Shown: piece by piece, positions 27,445 through 39,464 of the stretch
How positions within the stretch are numbered: the stretch's first letter is position 1
Layout of the letters: each line of letters begins with the position of its first letter
Assembly (NCBI GenBank): GCA_964016885.1
Contig: OZ024763.1
Coordinates: forward strand, 4,340,001-4,404,000
Origin: Eledone cirrhosa
Lineage: Eukaryota
Reading direction: 5' to 3'
DNA: 64,000 nt
The notes under the pieces: generated by a model
Told to the model about the DNA's origin: nothing
Database searches by the model: none
The model's input: only the letters and a program-made list of their open reading frames with translations
Made by a program: the position numbers and the translations under genes

Positions 27445-28226
27445 AGGAGTCTTAACACTTGCTGTACAGCTAACCACTTGTTGTTCTAGGGGTCTTAACA
27501 CCTGCTGTACAGCTAACCACTTGTTGTTCTAGGGGTCTTAACACCTGCTGTACAGCTAACCACTTGTTGTTCTAGGGGTTTTAACACCTGCTGTACAGCT
27601 AACCCCTTGTTGTTCTAGGGGTCTTAACACTTGCTGTACAGCTAACCACTTGTTGTTCTAGGGGTCTTAACACCTGCTGTACAGCTAACCACTTGTTGTT
27701 CTAGGGGTCTTAACACCTGCTGTACAGCTAACCCCTTGTTCTAGGGGTCTTAACACCTGCTGTACAGCTAACCCCTTGTTGTTCTAGGGGTCTTAACACT
27801 TGCTGTACAGCTAACCACTTGTTGTTCTAGGGGTCTTAACACCTGCTGTACAGCTAACCCCTTGTTGTTCTAGGGGTCTTAACACCTGCTGTACAGCTAA
27901 CTCCTTGTTGTTCTAGGGGTCTTAACACCTGCTGTACAGCTAACCACTTGTTGTTCTAGGGGTCTTAACACCTGCTGTACAGCTAACCACTTGTTGTTCT
28001 AGGGGTCTTAACACCTGCTGTACAGCTAACCCCTTGTTGCTCTAGGGGTCTTAACACCTGCTGTACAGCTAACCCCTTGTTGTTCTAGGGGTCTTAACAC
28101 CTGCTGTACAGCTAACCCCTTGTGACTCTAGGGGTCTTAACACCTGCTGTACAGCTAACCCCTTGTGACTCTAGGGGTCTTAACACCTGCTGTACAGCTA
28201 ACCCCTTGTGACTCTAGGGGTCTTAA
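27445..28226. repeat. 43-bp minisatellite, ~18 copies
   Basis: Unit ggggtcttaacacctgctgtacagctaacc(a/c)cttgttgttcta, containing the palindrome gctgtacagc. Confidence 0.95.
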
Positions 28227-28483
28227 TTAACATCTGTCACATGCGTGGTTTTAACATAAACCAAACCTTGTGTTGTTGATTTAAATTGCCCCCCCCCCCG
28301 CCGGTTTAACGCCAACACCATTTGAGCCTTCCCTCCCTCCTTCCCACCCTCCAGCTAATCGTCGTGGCCTAGAAAAGGGCCATGGGTGCTGCTACCCTTC
28401 TTTCCTGCACTAAACAGTAAAAAGAAAACAATGCCCTGCAACAAGCATTCCAGCCATAAGTGATGACTTAATTATTATTATTA

Positions 28484-29066
28484 ACTGTTTCTACTTTTGG
28501 CACAAGGCCAGCAATTACCCCAGTGTATTACTGGTACCAGTAATGAACTGGGGTAATTGCTGGCTTTGTGCCAAAAGTAGAAACAATTATTACCATGGTG
28601 GATTGGCAGAATCGGGAGAGTGTCGGATACCATGCTACGCGGTATGGAGTTACGGCCCTTCACGTTCTGAGTTCAAATCCCGCCGAGGTTAGCTTTGCCT
28701 TTCATCCTTACAGGGTCGATAAAGTAAAGTACCAGTAATACACTGGGGGTCGATTTAATCGACTTTCCCTTCCCCCCCCCCCAAAAAAAAAATTGCTGGC
28801 CTTGTGCCTAAATCAGAAATCATCATTATTATTATTATTATTATTATCGGTGGATTCATAATCAGTAGAGCATCTGACAAAATACTTTGCTGTATTTAGT
28901 TACATCCCTTTACATTCTGGTATCAAATCCTGTTGAAGACAACTTTGCCTTTCATCCTTCCGAAGTCAATAAGATAAAATACCAGTAATGCACTGGGGCC
29001 AATCTAATCAACTTTCCCCATCCTCCCCTTCAAATTGCTGGCCTTGTGCCTCGAGTAGAAACAGTT
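28484..29066. mobile_element. SINE family 1 cluster: a fold-back tail (28484-28590) followed by two + strand copies
   Basis: Inverted tail pair centred on actggtaccagt; copies at about 28597-28825 and 28848-29066. Confidence 0.8.
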
Positions 29067-29157
29067 ATTTGTGATGTTTCTTTTTCTTGTTTTTTCCATT
29101 TTTATGTGTGATGTTTTTTTTTTACATTCCCCACCATCACCCACACTAACAACACTC

Positions 29158-29196
<39 letters not shown>

Positions 29197-29487
29197 CTAC
29201 TACTACTACCTCTACCATCAACATTAATACAACAATACTTCTAGTATGCTTGAGTCATGCTGAATCTCCCTGAGAATTACATTAAGAGTACAAGAGTCTG
29301 TGGAATGCTATGTCACTTACACTATAATACAAGAGGGACTGTACCTGTAATTCAAAGAGCTCGGCTTGTTACTGTGTTATGCTGAATCTCCCTGAGAATT
29401 ATATTAAGGGGGTACACATGTAGAATGCTAAGTCATTTACACGTTAATTTCATGAGCAGGCCGTTCCATTGATCAATCGTCTATAGT

Positions 29488-31023
29488 GGGTGACACTGAC
29501 ATCACTAGTGTCACATCTTAAGGTCTAGGGTGACACTGACATCACTAGTGTCACATCTTAAGGTCTAGGGTGACACTGACATCACTGGTGTCACATCTTA
29601 AGGTCTAGGGTGACACTGACATCACTGGTGTCACATCTTAAGGTCTAGGGTGACACTGACATCACTAGTGTCACATCTTAAGGTCTAGGGTGACACTGAC
29701 ATCACTAGTGTCACATCTTAAGGTCTAGGGTGACACTGACATCACTGGTGTCACATCTTAAGGTCTAGGGTGACACTGACATCACTAGTGTCACATCTTA
29801 AGGTCTAGGGTGACACTGACATCACTGGTGTCACATCTTAAGGTCTAGGGTGACACTGACATCACTAGTGTCACATCTTAAGGTCTAGGGTGACACTGAC
29901 ATCACTGGTGTCACATCTTAAGGTCTAGGGTGACACTGACATCACTAGTGTCACATCTTAAGGTCTAGGGTGACACTGACATCACTAGTGTCACATCTTA
30001 AGGTCTAGGGTGACACTGACATCACTGGTGTCACATCTTAAGGTCTAGGGTGACACTGACATCACTAGTGTCACATCTTAAGGTCTAGGGTGACACTGAC
30101 ATCACTAGTGTCACATCTTAAGGTCTAGGGTGACACTGACATCACTGGTGTCACATCTTAAGGTCTAGGGTGACACTGACATCACTGGTGTCACATCTTA
30201 AGGTCTAGGGTGACACTGACATCACTAGTGTCACATCTTAAGGTCTAGGGTGACACTGACATCACTAGTGTCACATCTTAAGGTCTAGGGTGACACTGAC
30301 ATCACTAGTGTCACATCTTAAGGTCTAGGGTGACACTGACATCACTGGTGTCACATCTTAAGGTCTAGGGTGACACTGACATCACTGGTGTCACATCTTA
30401 AGGTCTAGGGTGACACTGACATCACTGGTGTCACATCTTAAGGTCTAGGGTGACACTGACATCACTAGTGTCACATCTTAAGGTCTAGGGTGACACTGAC
30501 ATCACTAGTGTCACATCTTAAGGTCTAGGGTGACACTGACATCACTAGTGTCACATCTTAAGGTCTAGGGTGACACTGACATCACTGGTGTCACATCTTA
30601 AGGTCTAGGGTGACACTGACATCACTGGTGTCACATCTTAAGGTCTAGGGTGACACTGACATCACTAGTGTCACATCTTAAGGTCTAGGGTGACACTGAC
30701 ATCACTGGTGTCACATCTTAAGGTCTAGGGTGACACTGACATCACTAGTGTCACATCTTAAGGTCTAGGGTGACACTGACATCACTGGTGTCACATCTTA
30801 AGGTCTAGGGTGACACTGACATCACTAGTGTCACATCTTAAGGTCTAGGGTGACACTGACATCACTAGTGTCACATCTTAAGGTCTAGGGTGACACTGAC
30901 ATCACTGGTGTCACATCTTAAGGTCTAGGGTGACACTGACATCACTAGTGTCACATCTTAAGGTCTAGGGTGACACTGACATCACTAGTGTCACATCTTA
31001 AGGTCTAGGGTGACACTGACATC
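29488..31023. repeat. Highly homogeneous 40-bp minisatellite, 38 full copies
   Basis: Unit ggtgacactgacatcact(a/g)gtgtcacatcttaaggtctag; I see only one variable position. Confidence 0.98.
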
Positions 31024-32670
31024 TTATTCCCCAAGCGCAGCATTTCTTGTTTCACTCTTCTAGGCTCAATAAAATAAAGTTTTTGTCAAATGGTGGAGAT
31101 TATATAGTAAAATGGCTTTGTGGCTAAGGGTATTGGGCTTATCATCATAAAGTTGTAGGTTTGATTACTGGACGGTGTGGTCCATTGTGTCCTTCAGCAA
31201 GACACTTCATTTTCCAATATTCCAGCACACTTAACTGGTGTTGACTCTATAATGAACTGACTCGGTCTGTGAAAACCTGTCCAACCCATGCTAGCAGGGA
31301 AAATGGACATTAAGTGATGCCGGTGATAATGATCGGTAGAATTGTTAGGGTGGTAAACAAAATGCTGTATGGCATTTAGTTACAACCCCTTACATTCTCT
31401 GTTCAAATCCCACTGAGGGCAACTTTACATTTCATCTTTCTATGGAAGGTGGGGTGTGTCGATAAAATAAAGTACCAGCCAAGTACTGGGGTCGATTTAG
31501 TTGACTCCCCCCGTAAACTACTGGCCTTGTGCCTAAAGTAGAAATCATTATTCAATTTCGTATTTCTAAAGAAATACGGTATGTTTATAAATAAACATTT
31601 ATTATTATGGTATTTAGTTGTGACTTTCTATGTTTTGAGTTCAACTCCCATTTTGCCTTTCATCCTTCCAGGGTCAATGAAATAAAGTACCAGTAATGCA
31701 CTGAGGTTGATTTAATCAACTTTCCCTGCTCCTTCAAATTGCTGGCCTTGTACCTAAAGTAGAAACAATTATTTTATCATTTTTGAAATTTCTCCCTTCA
31801 GTTTAGGTTATTTTTTATTTTTGTTTTGTTTTACATATATACCCTTTTACCTGTTTCCAGCCCATGGTTGTGGCTATGCTGGGGCACCACTATTATATAT
31901 ATATATATGTATACATACATATATATCTGTTTTCCTTCCTTCGAATCTTCTCCTGAGTTCTTGGTGTCTCCAACTACCAACAAATAAAATTTAAATAAAT
32001 AAATAAACTACAACAACATAAAAAAATTCTATTCTTAACAATGTTTTTGTTTGTTTTAATTTTTGCTTATTTTAGTATATTTTTTTTGTCCTTTTCTCTT
32101 TTTTATTTTCACATGCCCATGTCTTGGGCCATGGAAAATGTACCCAGTACACCCTGTAAGGTATTTGGGGATAGATAGAGCATCCAGCTGTAGAAATCAA
32201 GTCAAGAGATGGATGTCTCTTCAGTAAAAGACATTGACAACCTCCTTTAGTGTTAGTGACTTGATAAAAGGCACCCAGTACACCCTGTAAGGTTGTTGGC
32301 AATAGGAAGGGTATCCACCCCAAATATTTTGTGAAAGAAAAGGTTGAAAAGACTCTTCAGCTGTGTCAAACCTGGCAACCTCCGGGGTCACGATAAAATG
32401 CACCCAGTGCACTCTATAGAGAGTAGGATGTGATCCCCAGTCAGTCCAATTAAATACTGATTTGTTGTATAATGACCTGTCTAATCATTAATAGAAAATC
32501 TACATTAAAGGATGATGATGATGATACATATATATATTTAACTAATGTTGCATAATCTGCAAAGCTGTGATCAACTGAGTTGATAAACTGATGACATTTT
32601 CCTTGTGGCTTATATGGCCCTATGGTTAGGGTTTGCTTTTCTACTTCTACTACACAACTTTATTTCACAA

Positions 32671-33608
32671 TTAACCATTTTACTACCCCTCTGATATTCC
32701 CCCCTCAAAACAAAATCAAAAAAAATTCTATGATACAAAATCTGTCGTTTTGAAGGATTTAAAAAAATTTAAATTTAAACCTGTCTTCAATATTCTACAT
32801 AATCCCCTTCATAATGGAGAAATTTCTCTTTCATCTTAACCCTTTTGATATAACCTGCCTGAGATTACCCCCTCATTCTAGAATACAAAACTGTCCATTT
32901 TAAAGTATTGTATTTAAATTTAAAACTGTTTTCAAAATTTTACATAAGAAACCTTTGTTCCAATCAGCAGCTTTATCACAGAAAGAAATTTGTTTTATGA
33001 TATTAAACTGCCCATTCTAAAATACTTCCTTTAAAATAAGACTTGTTCTTGAAATTTGACATGAACCTTTGTGATGTTATTTTCCAAACAGCTGCTCCAC
33101 AACGGAGAAATTTCTGTTTCAGTTTTAACCCCTTTGATACAACCCACCTGAGATTACATGATTTTCAGGTACATGACTATCCAATTTAAAGTATTTTATC
33201 CAATGTAAACATGCTTTTAAATATGTAATGTAAGAACCTTTTGTTATTTTCCAGCAGCTTCATAAGAGACTGTTATTTGACAAAATCTCTTGTAATTCTG
33301 ATTATTCTAAAAGTCAATAGAAATATCTAGATAGCATATTTCATTAGAAATATGGTAGCAAAAGGGTCAAACTGTTTATATTTATCTAAAAACTTTCCAT
33401 CATGATTTTATGTAAGAGCCTGTCTTGAATTATGTCCCAAACTTAATGAGAAAGTTAATTGTTTCTAAATCTCTCAATTTTTTTTGATAATTTTCAAAGG
33501 TTTTTTTCTGAAAATTATAGGCAATGTCTTTCATAAGAAATACGGTAATGAAAGGTTTAAAGACATAAGCAATGACTTTCATTGTAAATATGGTAATGAA
33601 AGGGTTAA
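32671..33608 (+). mobile_element. Cluster of old piggyBac-like MITE ends
   Basis: TTAACC(C/A)TT left ends at 32671, 32836 and 33125; right ends (aaagggtcaa, aaaggtttaa, aaagggttaa) ending at 33370, 33560 and 33608. Confidence 0.6.
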
Positions 33609-34529
33609 AATGTTTTTACATTGAGTGAAGTGACTTAGCTCCACTTCAGCAATTACTTACTGGTTTTCAATTTACAAAAAATGCTTTTTACCACTGGAAT
33701 TGATAAAATAAATACTACTGTGCTTTTATGTGGATACAAGAAATCTATATTATAATAACACTACAGCCTTTCTGTCTGTCTGTCACATAGACAGTATGCT
33801 TTATCAAAAAATATTCTGAAATTGTTTAATTACAATTCATGCTGCACAAATGTGAGACAGGGGGGTGGGGCTTGGTTTCAAAAATGCTTTTCATATACAC
33901 TGTATATAGGCTTATATGCCAAACTTGTTCGACTATTTTTCATGGGGTAAAAACTTACTTTTAGCAGCTTGTGTTAAGCTAACATACATTGAAAAATTAC
34001 ACACACCACACACCACACACACCACACACACCACACACACCACACACACACACGCATGGGAAAAGAGTCAGGACCCCAACGGCTGAGCTTCAGCCATAGC
34101 ATCGAAACGGCCGGAGCTCAGCCGTCGGGGTCCTGACTCTTTTCCTATTACCCACTCTACTACCCTAAGTATCGAGTACTCTGGTGCATTATGGTCCACC
34201 TGGTTCCTTACCACACTTTCTTTGTTTATATATATATATATATACACACATACATACATACATACATACACTCACAATCAACCCACAGAGCTTTGGTGAA
34301 GTCTGGTGAAGAAGCCCATATTACTAAATACATTGTTTTCAAAATCAAATATCTACTCCTCTTTATATTATGGAGGCCACCAATTTTGAAAGTTCACGAT
34401 CCTCAGATTCTTCTCAATGTCTCATGAAAAGAAACAAGAAAAGCACAATGTACCTTTTGTATATAACTATTTTTTGCTTTTCCAATTTGATGTGCTAAGG
34501 GTGTATATATATATTTTTGAATAAATTGG

Positions 34530-34606
<77 letters not shown>

Positions 34607-34954
34607 ACACTCACTCACACACCCTCTCTCTCTCCTTATTTAGGTGAGGAGTTGTTGATGCTATGGAGTTACTACCAATGATTTGTTTACATTTGCTCCC
34701 TAAAACAATGGATTAATAAGTATCTCACCTTTTTTTTCTTATTCTTCCATTGTTTAACATTATATATACATATATATAAATATAGATATATATAGATATA
34801 CATATACACACACACCCAGAGTAAAAGGTTAAACATACCATCTGTACAAATATATATCTATATATATATATATATATATCGTGCCGATATATATATTTTT
34901 AAAGACAATCAGAATTTGTGGCGTGTGTCTGTGTGTGTGTATATATATATATTG

Positions 34955-34993
<39 letters not shown>

Positions 34994-35175
34994 CAATCTC
35001 TGATATATACCGAAATACATGACTTAATACACAACTTATATGCATTTTTATATCATATGAATATGTGTGTATGTATGTATATATGTGTGTATGTATGTAT
35101 GTATGTATATATGTATGTTTATATATACAGATGTGTTTATATATATATATATATATATACATATATGTATGTGTT

Positions 35176-35207
<32 letters not shown>

Positions 35208-35962
35208 TGTATGTGTTTATATATATATATATATATATACATATATGTATGTGTTTATATATATATATATACATATATGTATGTGTTTATATATATATAT
35301 ATATATATACATATATGTATGTGTTTATATATATATACATACATATATGTATGTGTTTATATATATATATATATATATACATATATGTATGTGTTTATAT
35401 ATATATACATATATAAATGTATGTGTGTGTGTATATACAGATATGTGTGTGTATGTGTTTATATGTATATACATATATAAATGTATGTGTGTGTGTGTGT
35501 ATACAGATGTGTATGTATGTGTTTATATATATATACATATATAAATGTATGTGTGTGTGTATATACAGATGTGTGTATGTATGTATATGTGTTTATATAT
35601 ATATAATAAACAAAGACAATATAAAGAAGCTAAAAATCAAATTTGATATCTGAAACTAAATATTTGTTTTTCTATTGCTCCAGCTCTATGTATTCTGAGC
35701 AATTTATTTTATAATCTTATAATGTATAAACTACTTTGATTGTCCAACGTAATGTGAGGTTTTATTTTTGTCTTATTTTCATGAATTTTCCTGCATGTAT
35801 TGCCACATGTCGAACACCTTTTGAAATAACCAATAAAAAATATAATTTATAATCATAGCTACTGGAATAGTTGTGTGGTGAAGGAGTTTCCTAAGCATCT
35901 AGTTTCAAGTTCACTAGCATTGCAGGGCAGCTTTGGCAAGACTCTTATTATTATAGCCTCAA

Positions 35963-36152
35963 AGGCGGTGGATTGGCAGTATCGGTAGAGGGTCGGACGC
36001 TATGCTTTGATGCATAGAGTTACGGCCCTTTCCATTCTGAGTTCAAATCCCGCCGAGGTTAACTTTGCTTTTCATCCTTACGGGGTCGATAAAATAAAGT
36101 ACCAGTCATACACTGGGTAATTGCTGGCCTTGTGCCTAAAGTAGAAACAATT
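35963..36152 (+). mobile_element. SINE family 1, full length
   Basis: Same head, core and tail as 800-984. Confidence 0.85.
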
Positions 36153-36723
36153 ATTTATGTTCATATATGGATATCTCTAGATAAATGCTAGTTTATGAAA
36201 AAACATAACAAAAGGAACTCCAAGATGTAAATTTAATCCTTTGGCATTTACATTACTCTATATTTACTACTATATTTTTGTAGTAAAGGCTTTATCTCTC
36301 ATATTATAGACTGGCTTCCAGTCTAGAAAAGCCCTCACTGTTCCTTTCATAGGCATGCACAGCTAGTGACCGAGCATCTTCCATCATCTTGTAGTGTTGT
36401 TATCCCATAGATAAACTCAGCCTAGATCTTTCTGTGACCACGAGGACTGGCAACATGCTGTGCTGGTCATAACCTAGCTGTGTACCAGTCTGAAATCTGA
36501 ACCAATCCCCTATCTCTGTACACCTCTACCCACACCTTCCTATATACTATTCTCAGCCTTACTGTACAGCCCTACCCCTCTCCCACTCTAAACAGATTAA
36601 GGATAGGTATGATCTGATCTTGGTTATAGGAACAGTTAATAACTACTATTACTACTACTACTACCACTACTACTACTACAGTAGCAATGATAATATTCTT
36701 TGACATTATTTTCATCCAGTAGA

Positions 36724-36907
36724 CGGTGGATTGGCAGTATCGGTAGAGGGTCGGACGCCATGCTTTGACGCATAGAGTTACGGCCCTTGCCATACTGAGT
36801 TCAAATCCCGCCGAGGTTAACTTTGCCTTTCATCCTTAAGGGGTCGATAAAATAAAGTACCAGTAATGTACTGAGTAATTGCTGGCCTTGTGCCAAAAGT
36901 AGAAACA
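36724..36907 (+). mobile_element. SINE family 1 with a 19-bp TSD
   Basis: attattttcatccagtaga at 36705-36723 and 36908-36926. Confidence 0.9.
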
Positions 36908-37557
36908 ATTATTTTCATCCAGTAGATTTCTCTCTCTCTAGTATCAGCAAAATATACAAGATGGAAAAACTCCATCTTTAGACTTCATCAGCCACCTTTT
37001 GGCATGCAGTTTCTCTCTCTATTGTGTGTGCTGGTTATTTGACCTGTTGCAATTCTATATCCAGTAATGTGATTGCTCATTCATATGTAAATACATATAT
37101 TTATGTATGTATATGTGTACATACATATGTATATATATATATCTATACATATATATAAATATAATAATATATATATAAATATAAAATTATATATATATAT
37201 AATAATAATTATTATTATTATATATATATATTATTATTATTATATATATATATAATTTTATATTTATATATATTATGCTATTAAGATGTGTACACATTTA
37301 CTTATTTATGAGTGCGGTGGGGTGGGAGGGATTTCTGAAGTTTATAAAAAATATCATTAAATTTAATATGCAACACAAGATGCTTTTATCAATAGCACTT
37401 TATGTACACGCACACATACACACATACACATATGTGGAAGATGGACGTTAAATGATGATTTTATATATATATATATATATCTTTCTCTCTCTCTCTTTTT
37501 CTCTCTCTCTCTCTCTCACATACACATACACACACACGATCATGTATGTATGTAGAA

Positions 37558-37610
<53 letters not shown>

Positions 37611-37904
37611 CACTAATATATATATATTGATACACACACACACATGCACTCACGCAAACACATACACTTTAAATACATACACATGCACTCACGCAAACAC
37701 ATACACTTTAAATACATACACACATACACGTGTTAGTAATCGTTTGCATGTGTATTTGGTCAAACGGTTTTTATAAAGATCAATAAGTTATATTGAAAGA
37801 ATGAAGTGAAAGATTTGGTGTTGTTGGTGTTGTTCAATATCTATCCAGCTATCTATATAATATATAGGTGTGTGTGTCTATAAGTAAAATATATACATGC
37901 TTTT

Positions 37905-37941
<37 letters not shown>

Positions 37942-38583
37942 TTCTCTCTATATATATATATATATATATATTTCTCTCTATATATATATATATTTATATA
38001 TATATCTCTCTCTCTCTCATATCTATATATATATATCTATATAGATATAGATATAGATAGATATATATATAGAGATAGATATATATATAGAGATAGATAG
38101 ATATATAGAGAGAGAGATAGATAGATATCGATAGATAGATATAGATAGATAGATATCGATAGATAGATATAGATATAGATAGATATAGATAGATAGATAT
38201 ATATCTATAGATATAGATAGATAAATATAGATATATATATATAGAGATATATATATATATAGAGAGATATATATATAGAGAGAGATATATATATATAGAG
38301 AGATATATATATATATATAGAGAGATATAAATATATAGAGATATATATATAGATATCTATATATAATTATAAATTTATAATATTATGAATAATGATAGTT
38401 TTAGGGGTTAAACAACCCTAAAATATATGCCATATTCAACAGTTTACCCTACAATACCTTACAAAACTGATGAAAACCCTCTTCAGCGGTTAAAAATACT
38501 AGAAATGGCGACTAAATATCCCTCAAATCACAGAGTAGTGACACTGGAATATTTAGAACAAATTCAATGATATATATAATATA

Positions 38584-38884
38584 CGAGGGTAGGCTGACCA
38601 ACATACTTCATGGAATGACCAAATGAGGTTTATTTTTCAACATGCAAGATTTCACAGCTCTAGCATCACTCCTTCATAGGCTGACGAAGATACTCTCATG
38701 GAATGACCAAATGAGGTTTATTTTTCAACATGCAAGATTTCACAGCTCTAGCATCACTCCTTCATACGCTGACCAAGATACTCTCATGGAATGACAAAAT
38801 GAGGTTTATTTTTCAACATGCAAGATTGCACACCCTCGCATCACTCCTTCATAGTGAGCCTATGAACTTTTAAGCCTACCTTCG
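38584..38884 (-). mobile_element. Mariner-derived MITE with both ends and ~3 internal 88-bp units
   Basis: TA|cgagggtaggct... and ...gagcctatgaacttttaagcctaccttcg|TA. TA-flanked CGA(G/A)GG termini are typical of mariner elements. Confidence 0.8.
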
Positions 38885-39464
38885 TATATGTAAACAATGT
38901 ATTTATTTAATATACAAATAATTACTATTGCTACAGTTAAAAAATATACAAAAAATACTTTAAATTCAGTTTTTAATTCATGCAACAATTGTGTCAAAAT
39001 AGTTAAAGGAATTCGAAATAATTTTTGCACCCATTTTTGCGATTAAGTGAGATTTCGGCTCGGAGAAATTTAAGGAACTGATGTCGCTAAATCGCCAAAT
39101 CATTTACCTGCCCCGTTGCCTCATGGGGGGGTAATGGCTGCCTTTTATTTTTTAAATGATGGCAGATTCTTTAGTTTCTTTCGCAGTATCTTGTTCCTTG
39201 TTTCATATAAGTAAATAATTAAAACATTTTGGCGAGAAAGATATTAAAAAGACTGCCATGGTTTTTAAAAAATAAAAGGCAGCCATTACCCTCCCATGAT
39301 GCAACGGGGCAGATAAATGATTTGGCGATTTAGCGACATCAGTTCCTAAAATTTCCCCGAGCCGAAATCTCAAGAACGATAACTCCGTCTTTACTTAATC
39401 GCAAAAATGGGTGCAAAAATTATTTCGAATTTCTTAGTAATTATACTTACATTGTTTACATATA
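38885..39464 (-). repeat. Palindromic junction A1 (loop inverted relative to A2-A4)
   Basis: Inverted arms around the loop tcttgttccttgtttcatataagtaaat; the left arm carries extra sequence absent from A2 and A3. Confidence 0.9.

Noticed and set aside
29488-31023. CRISPR-like hairpin repeat
   Set aside because: No unique spacers, no cas genes, and a eukaryotic context.
35048-35653. Long Y/I/V/C/M-rich ORFs here and in other TA/CA tracts
   Set aside because: Translations of microsatellites.
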